In this document: piece by piece, positions 39,219 to 49,050 of the stretch
Layout of the letters: every line of letters starts with the position of its first letter
How positions within the stretch are numbered: the first letter of the stretch is position 1
Assembly: GCA_965263035.1 (NCBI GenBank)
Contig: OZ253580.1
Location: 5,056,001 to 5,120,000 of the forward strand
DNA: 64,000 nt
From: Acidobacteriota bacterium
GTDB taxonomy: Bacteria > Acidobacteriota > UBA6911 > RPQK01 > JAJDTT01
Reading direction: 5' to 3'
The notes under the pieces: generated by a model
What the model was told of the DNA's origin: nothing
The model's input: only the letters and a program-made list of their open reading frames with translations
The model's database searches: none
Made by a program: the position numbers and the translations under genes

Positions 39219-40675
39219 TAATCATCGAATCGCCAGGCCGGAACCGGTTTTCCCGAGGAGTGGACCTCCTCGAGATAGGCCCCGGATTGGGGAGCCGGTC
39301 CCAACTGACGCACGATCTCTCCGTACTCCAGAATCCGGGTCACCATGACGTTGTGCCAGCGCCCGTCCCGCAGTCTCAGATTCAATGCCATGGGATGATC
39401 CACGTTCCAATTGGAGCCTCCGGGAGGAGTACCGAATTCGCTCCGGCAGTCGCGGGCGATGATGGGCGTCTCCAGGCCCGTTCGGTCCGCGCGCAGAGGC
39501 CACAGTGCCAGAGCTTCGCGCGACCAACCGCCGCCTCGTGGATTCCCCCGGCGGTCCCGGGGGAGGCGGTAGGTGTGGGGCCAGGGATGCATCTGAACCT
39601 GGTAGATGTTGGACGCCACGTAGAGACTGCCGTCGGTGGCCCGGTTCAGGCAGATGGGTGTGCTGCCCACGATCCCACGGACGTGGATGATCTTGTTCCA
39701 ACGCTGGCCCTGATCTCGGGAACGCCAGATGCGCACGTCGTTGTAATCCGGCTCCTTGCCGCCGCGCACGCAGAAGAGAAGGGAACCGTCCAGGTCGCGC
39801 GCCACGCTGGGTTCGAAGGAGTTGTCCCCTCCGGTCACGGGAATGATGTCCGCCGCTTCCCATCGTCCGTTCCGATGCTTCCAGCGCACCAGCACCGCTC
39901 CGGTGGGTTCTGACGGTACGGTACCGGAGGGAGGCAGAGGCGCCGCCACCATTCCCAGGATCAGGTCGTCTCCGTCTGGGATGGCCGGGCTCAGGCCGCG
40001 GTTCGTGACCCGCCAGCCGGAAATGAGTTCGGTTTGCCCCACTTTGCGGGTCTCCGCCACCCGGAACGCCTCGCCGTCGAACGCGTATTGTTGAACCTCG
40101 AAATAACTGTATTTCTCATCTCCCTCGAAGGGTTCGACCCCCCGAGGATTGTCGAAGCGCCAGACCTCGCCCCCGGACGGATCAGACTCGGCGGCCGGCC
40201 AGCCGATGGCGCTGGCCACGCCGAACCCGGTCCCGCCCTGTTCGTATTCGGACCCGTCCACCCGCCTTGCCCCCAGGGGAAAGAACCCGCCCTGGACCGG
40301 ATACTTGACCATGACGGCCGGTTTTCCGGGGGGGTGGGAGTTGGGATTGGGTTCGAGGTGATTTCGAGAGAGGACGACGGCCCGGGAGGCTCGGACGTCA
40401 GAGAGGTCGTCGAACAGGACCCCGTCGGTGCCGATCTCGAAATCGACTCCGGGACCATATTCTCGGCGGATGCCACAAAAAAGAATCGCTTGGCGAGGGC
40501 CGATTTGGTAGGTGGCGCCCAATCCGTATCGCCAAGTGGCATCGACAGGCTGGCTCGGCGGCACCTGAATGTCGGGGCCGCCCCGAGTGATGCTGATGAT
40601 GCCGGCCGCAGAAACCGGGACGGCCGCCATCATTCCGGAACAAAGACACAGTAGAACCGCAGTCTTTCTGCTCAT
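39218..40675 (-). CDS. Secreted protein with a BNR/Asp-box motif (sialidase-like)
   Basis: Signal peptide, EPSVAR, WRSRDQGQRW. Confidence 0.55.
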   Translation of the reverse strand: MSRKTAVLLCLCSGMMAAVPVSAAGIISITRGGPDIQVPPSQPVDATWRYGLGATYQIGPRQAILFCGIRREYGPGVDFEIGTDGVLFDDLSDVRASRAVVLSRNHLEPNPNSHPPGKPAVMVKYPVQGGFFPLGARRVDGSEYEQGGTGFGVASAIGWPAAESDPSGGEVWRFDNPRGVEPFEGDEKYSYFEVQQYAFDGEAFRVAETRKVGQTELISGWRVTNRGLSPAIPDGDDLILGMVAAPLPPSGTVPSEPTGAVLVRWKHRNGRWEAADIIPVTGGDNSFEPSVARDLDGSLLFCVRGGKEPDYNDVRIWRSRDQGQRWNKIIHVRGIVGSTPICLNRATDGSLYVASNIYQVQMHPWPHTYRLPRDRRGNPRGGGWSREALALWPLRADRTGLETPIIARDCRSEFGTPPGGSNWNVDHPMALNLRLRDGRWHNVMVTRILEYGEIVRQLGPAPQSGAYLEEVHSSGKPVPAWRFDD

Positions 40676-40694
40676 TGCCGTCCTTCCTCTCCGT

Positions 40695-41870
40695 TCAGAA
40701 ATTTCGCTGCCTTTGCGGGGTTTCACTCCGGCCAAGGCCCGCCCAGTGGATGCGCGCGCTCCCGTGGTCGTACCTCCGGTAGTGATCCGCCAGGACGTCG
40801 AAGCCGAAGTCGTTCTCGTAGTCCCGCCAGACCGAATGACTGTGGTTGCTCAGGTTCTGGGTGTTGTCGTATTCGATGAGGAAGGTGGGCGCCTGGACGC
40901 GGTAGTAATTGCCCCTGGCCTCCCGGTTCCCGGTGGTCCTGCCGCCGATGGGAACGGCCTTGGGTTGGGGCCGGTCGATTTGCCCCGCCCAGGCGAAGTA
41001 GAGCTGATCCCGGGGCGTCTCCCGAGCGGTTTTCAGGCGGCGGGCCGCCACTTCCTGGGGCATGTTGCCGGCGTATTCACCGATGAGCTCCAGCAGGCTC
41101 TCATATTGAGACGGAGTCATCTTCGACGCCGGCAGCCCCTGGGGAGGGCCCTCCAGTTTGGCCCGGCGGTCCGCCATGGTCAGGATGTCCTCGGGCGCCG
41201 CTTCCTGGTAGATGGCCTGCCCCTGCCGCTCCGGATCCAGGCTCTTGAGCAAGGCGACCGCCAGATCCTCCTCCCTTTCCAGGACTCTCATCCCCTTGTG
41301 GGCTCCCTGGGCCACTTCATGGGGATTGGCTCCGAAGAAGGTGGGACTGGATGAGATGAGCTTGCCGTCCTGGAGGGTGTAGTGCACCGAGAGGTGGTGG
41401 CCCTCCACCCGCCAGCCCCAATTGCCCTTGTCCCCAGGGGTTCCGAAGATTGAGAAATGAAACCTCTCGGCGTCCCGGTGGCCCGTGTGATCGTCCTCGA
41501 TGGCTCGGATGATCTCTTCCATGCTCATGACCCGAGTCGCCTTGGCGAAACCGCTGCGGCTCAATCCCGAAGCCAGCAGGGCGCTGGCCAAGTGTTTCTG
41601 CATGGGGTTCATCTGTTTGAAGGTGATGCCGTTGCGGACATAGCCGTATATCCCAGTGAATCCCCCTTCGGGAAAGTAGTGCCAGTCGGCCCGGTGATCG
41701 GAATCGAACGGGAAGAGGGTGTAGGACCTCTGGACCCGATCCAGGGACTGGGACAGGACCTGGGCGGCGTCACGCATGAGCGCTTCGGTCGTCGGCGTTC
41801 CGTGGTTGGCCACCAGGGCGGCGCCGGAGAACAACAGAGCCGCCAACCAGATTCGCAAGTGATTTCTCAT
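40695..41870 (-). CDS. DUF3500 domain protein
   Basis: WHYFP, FSIFGTP, WGWRVEGHHLS, PTFFGANP, FAWAG, YYRVQAPTFLIEYDN, HSHSVWRD. Confidence 0.88.
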   Translation of the reverse strand: MRNHLRIWLAALLFSGAALVANHGTPTTEALMRDAAQVLSQSLDRVQRSYTLFPFDSDHRADWHYFPEGGFTGIYGYVRNGITFKQMNPMQKHLASALLASGLSRSGFAKATRVMSMEEIIRAIEDDHTGHRDAERFHFSIFGTPGDKGNWGWRVEGHHLSVHYTLQDGKLISSSPTFFGANPHEVAQGAHKGMRVLEREEDLAVALLKSLDPERQGQAIYQEAAPEDILTMADRRAKLEGPPQGLPASKMTPSQYESLLELIGEYAGNMPQEVAARRLKTARETPRDQLYFAWAGQIDRPQPKAVPIGGRTTGNREARGNYYRVQAPTFLIEYDNTQNLSNHSHSVWRDYENDFGFDVLADHYRRYDHGSARIHWAGLGRSETPQRQRNF

Positions 41871-41927
41871 GGTATTCCTCTCTCTGGGATCAGGTCCGGA
41901 TGTCGACGAATTGGACCCGGATAGTTA

Positions 41928-42088
41928 GGAGTCTGCGCGGTAGAAATGATCGTAGCGAGAAAGCGGGGAATCGAGGCCAGATTTTCTCGATTTGGAGGTG
42001 CATAGTTGTTCTATTCGCCGACAAATCGGGGAAATATGGACCGATTCTACCGCTTTCGCAGTAGATCAATTTCTGCCGCGCAGGCTCC
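41928..42088. mobile_element. MITE family B, copy 2
   Basis: Reverse complement of 35505-35665; flanked by TA on both sides. Confidence 0.8.
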
Positions 42089-42126
42089 TAGCTCAGTCTA
42101 CCAGAGTCCCGCCCCTCCGACCCGCG

Positions 42127-42873
42127 TCAACCCTTCCGAAACCGGCGGAGCCATTGGTGAACGTAGCTCGCCAGACTTCCGACCAGAAGATTCGCCGCCA
42201 AGGCAAAAGGTCCGATCCAGATGAAGCTCACCGGGTCGTAGCCGGTCTCCGGATCGAATCCGAAGATGGGTCCGGAGTAGGCCACCAGGACGGCCGTCGT
42301 GATGCCGGCCACGGTGCCGCAGACGACTCCCAGGGGGGTGGCGAAGGGGACGAAGAAAGCGAAGAAGAAGAGAGCGAACAGTGGAGTCGAGAGCAGCCCC
42401 GACGTCTTCTGGCCGACCGCCCAGATGTTTCCTGGCACGTCGTCTATAAGGGAGCCGCCCACCACCACGATCGTACCGATGGAGAACGCCATGATCTTGG
42501 CCAAGCGGGTCCGGGCGCGCCGGCTGTCCGGCAATCTCCCGAAACGGTGCAGAAAATCGCGGCTGACCACGGCAGTAATGGAGTTGACGCCCGAGTCGAC
42601 GCTGGACATGGCGGCGGCGAAAATCGCCGACACCACGAGCCCCGAGACGCCGGGAGGCAGCACGTAGGCAATGAAATAGGGAAAGACATCGTCGGCCCCC
42701 TGGCCGACGTTGATGCTGGAGGGAAGTGTCTGAGCCGCCTGCTGCACGTACCCCAGGAGGGCGAGCCCGGTGGTCCAGAGAGTGAGCACGACAGCGAGAC
42801 CTGCAATGATATTGGCGATAAAGGAGCGCCGAGCGGCCTTCAGGCTCCCCGTGGCCATATATCTTTGGCCATG
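42127..42873 (-). pseudogene. Sodium:solute symporter, 3' half
   Basis: QRYMATGSLKAARRS, DDVFPYFI, LPPGVSGLVVSAIFAAAMSSVDSGVNS; joins the 5' half at 52062-52852. Confidence 0.88.
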
Positions 42874-43032
42874 CGGTCCAGGTGAGACCATTTATCCCCA
42901 CGCCGAAGTACTATTTATTGAGGGGATGTTATGAGGGGTCAGCTTGGATATACGGTCCAGGTGAGACCATTTATCCCCACGCCGAAGTACTATTTATTGA
43001 GGGGGATGCAATGAGGGGTCAGTTTGGACAGA
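42874..43032 (+). repeat. Tandem duplication of 79-80 bp at the left end of the element
   Basis: CGGTCCAGGTGAGACCATTTATCCCCACGCCGAAGTACTATTTATTGAGGGG...ATGAGGGGTCAG starting at 42874 and 42953. Confidence 0.92.
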
Positions 43033-44012
43033 CCAACTGGGCGGTGGCCGTCAGTGAGGATGTTCAGAAAAGAAGGCGTCAGGCCATCTACGAGTCGGAA
43101 GAGGCGGAATGGGGAATCCATTTTGCCGAAATGAGCCTCAGTCGCAACACGCGGTCCTGCTACTGATCGGCGTTGAGGCGTTTCGATGCTTGGAGGAACA
43201 CAAAAGAGGTCTGTGACGCGCTGCTGGGACGGTACATCCTCGTCCTCCTGGATAAGGGGAAGAGCGCCAGCACGATCAAGAACAGTGTCAACGCCGTCAA
43301 GTTTCGGGAGGTGGAAGGCCTGGACCGGCCAAGTCCAAAAGGCCGCATTGTGAAACAGGCCATGAAGCGTGCCATGCGTGAAGCCACGGCCAGAAGGGGA
43401 CAAGCTCAGGGACTTGAAGAGGAACAGGTCAGGAGCATCATGGTTGCCGCCGGCGGCACGGCATGGGGTGTCCGCAATCGTGCTCTGATAGCACTGGCCT
43501 ATTATCGAGGTTTGCGGATCAGTGAGGTCGTGGCCGTCAACATTGAGGATCTGACGTTCTTCCCGTCCGGGTTTGGCAAGCTGAAAATCACACGCTCGAA
43601 AACAGATCAACAAGGCCGCGGCGTTGTCATGGATCTCTGCGACCTGTCCGTCGATCCTCTTCGGGAATGGATTGCAATCTCAGGTATTAGTAAGGGTCCA
43701 CTGTTCCGTATCGTCGAGTACGGTCTAGACCATGAGCCGGTCATCGGAGAGAAGAGGTTAAGCCGATGTCAGGCAGCCAAGACCATAAAGCGGTTGGGTC
43801 GCAAGGCGGGGTTCTCGATTTCCAGTCATAGTCTGAGAAGGTCTTTCGCGATGAGGTTGACTCGGCTGGGTTTCCCCATCCAGGTTGTTGCAATCGAGGG
43901 TCGATGGAGCACAACCGATCAGGTGCTCACCTATATACAGGGGATGGAATGCACGGACTCGGCTGTCTTGAAGGTCAGGAAACGTCAACAGTCAATCCGT
44001 TTGGTCAGTTGA
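43011..44012 (+). pseudogene. Cre-like tyrosine recombinase with an in-frame TGA at 43164-43166
   Basis: SRNTRSCY*SALRRFDAW, then RNRALI, GLRISEV, SKTDQQGRG, SHSLRRSF, GRW, terminal catalytic Tyr; RBS GAGGGGG before ATG 43011. Confidence 0.82.
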
Positions 44013-44872
44013 ACTGTCCCTTTGTTGTTTGAAATCCATTCCAAGGTGTGCATATACTTGAAACTGTGGTAGAGGTAAGGTTTCAGAATCTCACCGATTT
44101 CTCACAAACAGTTGGGCACGGAGACTCAGTTGGAAGAGTGGCGTGTCCTTGGTGGATTGCTTCAATAGATTTTAAATCTAACGGGTTCTACTGCAAATCT
44201 CTTGCCCGTCTGAGTGCTGCGCACCGCTGTTCATCCCAACACCTAAGAACTGTCCGTAGGAATGTAGATACAGTTCAGCGGGAAGAATCCCCCGTGCAAG
44301 TCTACCGGGTTACGTGGAGACGTGACTCGATGCAAACCCTCCAAAGAGTATGTAGTGAGGTAGGGTTGGGTTCCAAGGTTCCGTTCTCTCCAGGGTTGCA
44401 TAGTCGCCAACTTCATTGAACCTTTCAGTGAAGAGCACCTAGCAAACTGCGGAATCTGGCCGTCGCACGCTCTACAAGTTCATTGTTAGGTCGTCTTCGG
44501 GCAGTATCTCCTCATTGATTTGGGGGAATAAAGCCCGAAGACTGACCAAATTAGATACAATTCATTATATGTTTTCTAAATTCCCAATAGGGAAAAAAGA
44601 AAGAAAGAGGGAAAGGGAGAAAAGACAGGGGGGTCTAAGGGGGGAATAGAAAATGAAAAATGAAAATTTACAAAATGCCGAAAATATCAGTTTGGAAAAA
44701 TGGGCAAATCCTACTTTTTACAAACTTCGACCCTATGAGAACTGATAAATGGAAAGTTGTCACTTAGTAAAAATACCGGTGGTGGTACTTTTACTAACTG
44801 CCTGCTTCAGGAAATGAAAAGTGGTAGAAAGTGGTACCTCAGCGAATTTCAGCGTTTTGGGCTGATTCTTCC

Positions 44873-46360
44873 CTACATTACCAAGACTTCCTCCGATCCA
44901 TCACCACTTGCGAATGCATAGAATGAGGGAGCAGCATCTAGCTTCAACCTTCGTTTCCACTCGCCCACGGCTAGGATGAGGCTTTGGACAACATCATCCC
45001 TGGATGCGTTGGCGGTTGATTTTCGTAGTCTACAATTTCCACCATCGTCGGTTGCCACTTGTGCTACTGACAGGGACGCTTGAAGTAGACTTCTGCTTCC
45101 CACAGTGATGCTCAAGGGACCATCCGCGGCAGCCCGTCTCAATGATGTTATGTCCTCCGTTGCGGAGGACCATCTTTGTATTCTTGGAGTGACGTGGCAA
45201 GGGGGGTCAGTGTCGAACAATTCTGCCAGTCGGAAACGGTCGCACACAATGATCCGTGGATCCCATCCCCTCACGTAGTCCACCAAGGTCTCCAAAGAGG
45301 GAATCCGTTGTCCCTGAGCAACGATCAACGATCCCTGGTCCACAAGCCGGGCATAGGAACCAGGCTGCGCCATATCCCTTTTCTCCTGATCCCGGACACT
45401 GGGTATACCTGGGCATAGGGCGACAGCCTCACAACGTCCTGACGGCCATACAGCGGTCGCCGCAGACCATGCCCTGCTCCCTCCTGCATCAATCCCAACA
45501 ACCGGTTGTCCTGCCCTTGCAGGAACATCCCGGGCAAGCGTCCGTTTCCAATCCTCCACAGTGATGACCACACCGGTCTCATCCTTCGTGGCGACGTTCA
45601 GACGGTAGGACATGAACCGGGAGCGGAGACGTGGATCCAGTCGGGCCTTGTCCCGTTCCTCAAGTAGAACAGACCTAGACTCGGGGAAGTGAATCATCAA
45701 TGGATTGCATCGTTTGATGTTCGGCCACTTGTGCCATTCGTCAGGGTCGCTCGAACCTTGGAACAATGTCACGTGGACTGATCGACTACTCCCTGCCGAA
45801 AGCAAGTCTGTCCACCAATGCCCTTCACCTGCCGGCGCTTGTGTTCCTACAAAGAGCAATCTAAGACCACTTTGAGGCTTCCCCAATGCAGTAGTCAGGG
45901 CATCAAACATCAATTTCCCATCACCAACCTTCCAGGATGCCGGTTCATCACAGAAAATCCATTTGGAATTGACAATTCCCATGGCACTTTTCCCGCTGGC
46001 GGGCAAAACTGATAATTCTGTGCGTGTTTTGGGGTGCCTAATCCTTGCGGTCAAACTATTGTCAGCTATCAGATATTCTCCAGCGTTTGGTAGGGATTCA
46101 ACCATCCGACGAAGCACTCCGAAGGTGGTCCGGCGACATTGACCTAAACTAGCGGCAACAAGGTGATTTTCTGCCTTTGCCTGGAATAGAGGACTGCCCG
46201 GAACGAGGGTTTGCAGGGCCATCCATGCCATGAGGGTCGATTTACCCTGTCCTCTTGGCGTGCTTAGACACGACGTTAAAATCCCAGGTTTTAACATCCC
46301 TTTAAGGAATTTATGCTGGAATGGTCGAAGGTTGATTAAATCCGAGTGTTTCCAGTTCAT
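44873..46360 (-). CDS. terL: Phage terminase large subunit
   Basis: LRPFQ (Q motif), PRGQGKST (Walker A), VAASLGQ, IFCDE (Walker B), VGT (motif III), nuclease VGID...CDRF...DDVVQS. Confidence 0.85.
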   Translation of the reverse strand: MNWKHSDLINLRPFQHKFLKGMLKPGILTSCLSTPRGQGKSTLMAWMALQTLVPGSPLFQAKAENHLVAASLGQCRRTTFGVLRRMVESLPNAGEYLIADNSLTARIRHPKTRTELSVLPASGKSAMGIVNSKWIFCDEPASWKVGDGKLMFDALTTALGKPQSGLRLLFVGTQAPAGEGHWWTDLLSAGSSRSVHVTLFQGSSDPDEWHKWPNIKRCNPLMIHFPESRSVLLEERDKARLDPRLRSRFMSYRLNVATKDETGVVITVEDWKRTLARDVPARAGQPVVGIDAGGSRAWSAATAVWPSGRCEAVALCPGIPSVRDQEKRDMAQPGSYARLVDQGSLIVAQGQRIPSLETLVDYVRGWDPRIIVCDRFRLAELFDTDPPCHVTPRIQRWSSATEDITSLRRAAADGPLSITVGSRSLLQASLSVAQVATDDGGNCRLRKSTANASRDDVVQSLILAVGEWKRRLKLDAAPSFYAFASGDGSEEVLVM

Positions 46361-46547
46361 ACTAAGCAACTTTGGCTTTAAATATTGGAGACACACGGTA
46401 TGGGGCTATCCACCTATCGCCTCCAGGGGAGCCCCTATGCACCTATTCCATGCCATACGTCACTAAAATCACTCAGTTTTAATGATGTGTTGCTAACTAA
46501 GCCATCTAATGAGCATGGGTTCTATCACCTTATGGTCGAGCTCCTGG

Positions 46548-46934
46548 TCAATTTCGAGTCCAATACCGAATTCTGTGACCCATGCCCGCCGAATTGTCAG
46601 CCTTGCTCCGGTGCAACTCTGCCATGACCGATTCCTTTACTGCGTCGGATGACAACCCCAATATCCCACACACCCATTTGAAGCTGGCGGGGCCATTCTC
46701 GTCGGACTGAACCCACAACAACGCATCGTCCCTCAGGTGTTCCATTTTGTCCCTGGGAATCACGGGCGCGCATCCCAGAGAATCCTGGATGGCAAGGCGC
46801 AACATACGGGACCAAAGCGCTATCTCCTCAGCATGCTTTCCGGTACGTTGCCTCGGCATGGTCGAGGTCGAGGTCAGATCCCGCACGTATCGCTGTACAG
46901 ACTTACCTAAGTGCTCAACTGATCCCGAGAGCAT
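46548..46934 (-). CDS. Hypothetical phage-type helical protein upstream of terL
   Basis: LWSRMLRLAIQD...ALLWV...SFKWVCGILGL pattern; start uncertain. Confidence 0.55.
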   Translation of the reverse strand: MLSGSVEHLGKSVQRYVRDLTSTSTMPRQRTGKHAEEIALWSRMLRLAIQDSLGCAPVIPRDKMEHLRDDALLWVQSDENGPASFKWVCGILGLSSDAVKESVMAELHRSKADNSAGMGHRIRYWTRN

Positions 46935-47083
46935 CCGTAAACTCCAAAGTTAAGTAGCATAGTGATATAAGGTGTGTCAACACTAATACAAAAGTCTGGA
47001 TAATGGACCGTCCATGACTCAATCGTAGAGATTTTGTCGTGCGGTTGTCAACCTGTCATTGTCTCATGTACTATAGTCGTCGA

Positions 47084-47389
47084 ATGTCGAGACACCATCG
47101 TTCTCTGGGGCGCGATCAGCACCGTTTGAAGCAATGGGTATTGCGCCATCGTGCTCGATATCATTGTGAGAAGTGCGGGACCAGAATTGGTATGTCGAGG
47201 CTCCCACGTGCAGGTGTCAGTGTCAGTGAGCTGCACCACACAATCCCGCTCGCATGTGGTGGTTTTCACGTCAAGTCTAATGTGGAGCTTCTATGTCGTG
47301 AATGCCACGTAAACCACCACAAACAAAAGAGATTTCAAGAACTGTCGCCCGAACGCCGGGCATGGTCCGAATACCTATCATCATACTGA
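47084..47389 (+). CDS. HNH endonuclease (terminase-associated type)
   Basis: CEKCG, ELHHTIPL..GG, NVELLCRECH. Confidence 0.88.
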   Translation: MSRHHRSLGRDQHRLKQWVLRHRARYHCEKCGTRIGMSRLPRAGVSVSELHHTIPLACGGFHVKSNVELLCRECHVNHHKQKRFQELSPERRAWSEYLSSY

Positions 47390-47398
47390 GGAAACAAC

Positions 47399-48592
47399 AT
47401 GAATTCCCTCCAACGTGTCCAGAAGAATTTGAGTGAGTCTAGAGAAAAGCTAAATCAGCTTTCCATGAAATCGGATCGTACTAAGGAAGAGGAAGCCCAG
47501 TTGCTAGAGCTTCGGGCCGCTCATTCCAAGTTGGAAACGGAGTACAGAACCGCCTTGGAAGCCTCCACCGAGCCGAAGGTGATCGTGAAGGATGCCGAGA
47601 CACGCGAACTTGATGGCTTGATCTTGAAGGCCAGCGTAGGCGACGTGCTCCATGCTGCCTTGGATCAGCGGAGCACGACTGGGGCAACTCACGAGCTACA
47701 GACTCATTATGGTCTGTCTCCGCATCAAGTCGCCCTGGAGCAACTGGAAACACGTGCTGTCACTCCGGCACCTACTGACGTGGGATCGAGCCAACAGCCG
47801 ATTATTGGGCAGATTTTCCCGGATTCAATCGCCAGCTTCTTGGGTGTGGGGATGCCGGTTGTTGGAACCGGGGAAGCAACATTCACGGTCCTGACCACGG
47901 GTGCTGACGTAGGTACTCCGGCCAATAATGCAATTCAAGTGGAAACTACAGGTGCTTTCACGGCTTCCGTATTGTCTCCCAAGAGGGCGCAGAGTTCATT
48001 TTTCTGGAGCATCGAGGACGAGGCTAGATTGAGCGGCATGGAAGATGCATTACGCTCGAATCTCGGAGCGGCGTTGTCCTCCAAGTTTGACAACCTGCTC
48101 TTGAACGATACCGACGAGGGCTTGCTTTCGGGCGGCCTGACGGAACCAAGCGGCACCCCGGAACTTGCTACCTGGGTGCTTTACAAAACTGCTCTAACCT
48201 CTCAGGTGGATGGCCATTTTGCGTCCACTCCCGATCAAATTCGCCTGGTTATAGGTGGCAAAACCTACGAACAAATGGAGACGGTTTATCGAGTTGAGCC
48301 GGCGAATGGCGGAACCAACGAAAGCGCTTTTGAGCTTCTGGTTCGGAAGTCCGGCGGCGTCAGGGTCAGCAGCCACGTAGCGGCACCGAGCTCTACCATT
48401 CAGGGTGCCATTGCAGTCCGGCGGCCCAGTGCGATCCATGCCGTGATGCCGGTTTGGCGGGGCGTGACTTTGATTCCGGATCGTATTACGAAGGCCGCAA
48501 GCGGTCAAGTGATTTTAACTGCCGTTGCCTTGTGGAGCTTGAAGGTTCTTCGGGCGGATGGCTTCGGACGATTGAAGATCAAAGTAGCTTGA
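47399..48592 (+). CDS. Major capsid protein, probably HK97 fold with an N-terminal coiled-coil scaffold (delta) domain
   Basis: 397 aa; coiled-coil N-terminus, LSPKR, ALRSNLGAALSSKFDNLLLN backbone helix, DRITKAASGQVILTA C-terminus; strong RBS; context. Confidence 0.75.
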   Translation: MNSLQRVQKNLSESREKLNQLSMKSDRTKEEEAQLLELRAAHSKLETEYRTALEASTEPKVIVKDAETRELDGLILKASVGDVLHAALDQRSTTGATHELQTHYGLSPHQVALEQLETRAVTPAPTDVGSSQQPIIGQIFPDSIASFLGVGMPVVGTGEATFTVLTTGADVGTPANNAIQVETTGAFTASVLSPKRAQSSFFWSIEDEARLSGMEDALRSNLGAALSSKFDNLLLNDTDEGLLSGGLTEPSGTPELATWVLYKTALTSQVDGHFASTPDQIRLVIGGKTYEQMETVYRVEPANGGTNESAFELLVRKSGGVRVSSHVAAPSSTIQGAIAVRRPSAIHAVMPVWRGVTLIPDRITKAASGQVILTAVALWSLKVLRADGFGRLKIKVA

Positions 48593-48594
48593 CC

Positions 48595-49050
48595 ATGAAA
48601 GCTGAGACTCTGGTATCCCTCCCGGTTGAAATCCGGGAGGGCCAAGACAAGCAACCTCAGATTGTTGGGACGATCATCCAGGAAGGGCGGGCGGGATCTA
48701 TCCGCCGTGAACTGTTCACCCCTGGGAGCGTCCTATGGCCTTTTGAGGGCGTCGGCATCCTGGTAGGGCATGGCGGCCCACTCGCCGGGACCGTGCAGCC
48801 TACAAGGGAGAAAAACGGAGAGATCCGCTTCTCTGCCCCGGCTTCCCCTCAGATGGTCAAGGCGGTCGAGGGCGGGCGTAAGGGCCTGTCGGTGGAGTTT
48901 GTCGCCCTGGCAGAGTCCCGAACGGCTGGCGGTATTCGTGAGGTCCGGCGGGCATTCGTCGGGGCAGCGGCTTTGGTCACATCTGCCGAGTACACACAAG
49001 CCAAGGCGGAAATCAGGGACCAAAAGCCGGTCCAAGTGTTCTTGTTATGA
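48595..49050 (+). CDS. HK97-family prohead maturation protease
   Basis: RELFTPGS, LVGH, GLSVEF (catalytic His/Ser pattern), AALVTSAEY. Confidence 0.72.
   Translation: MKAETLVSLPVEIREGQDKQPQIVGTIIQEGRAGSIRRELFTPGSVLWPFEGVGILVGHGGPLAGTVQPTREKNGEIRFSAPASPQMVKAVEGGRKGLSVEFVALAESRTAGGIREVRRAFVGAAALVTSAEYTQAKAEIRDQKPVQVFLL

Noticed and set aside
42874-43032. Possible CRISPR array
   Set aside because: Only two ~79-bp units, no unique spacers, and no cas genes in the window.
43164-43166. Selenocysteine or genetic-code reassignment of TGA
   Set aside because: The position corresponds to a non-catalytic Arg-like site, and other genes of the element end normally in TGA.
44048-44419. 123-aa ORF as a real gene
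   Set aside because: No recognisable motifs or clear RBS; treated as uncertain or non-coding.
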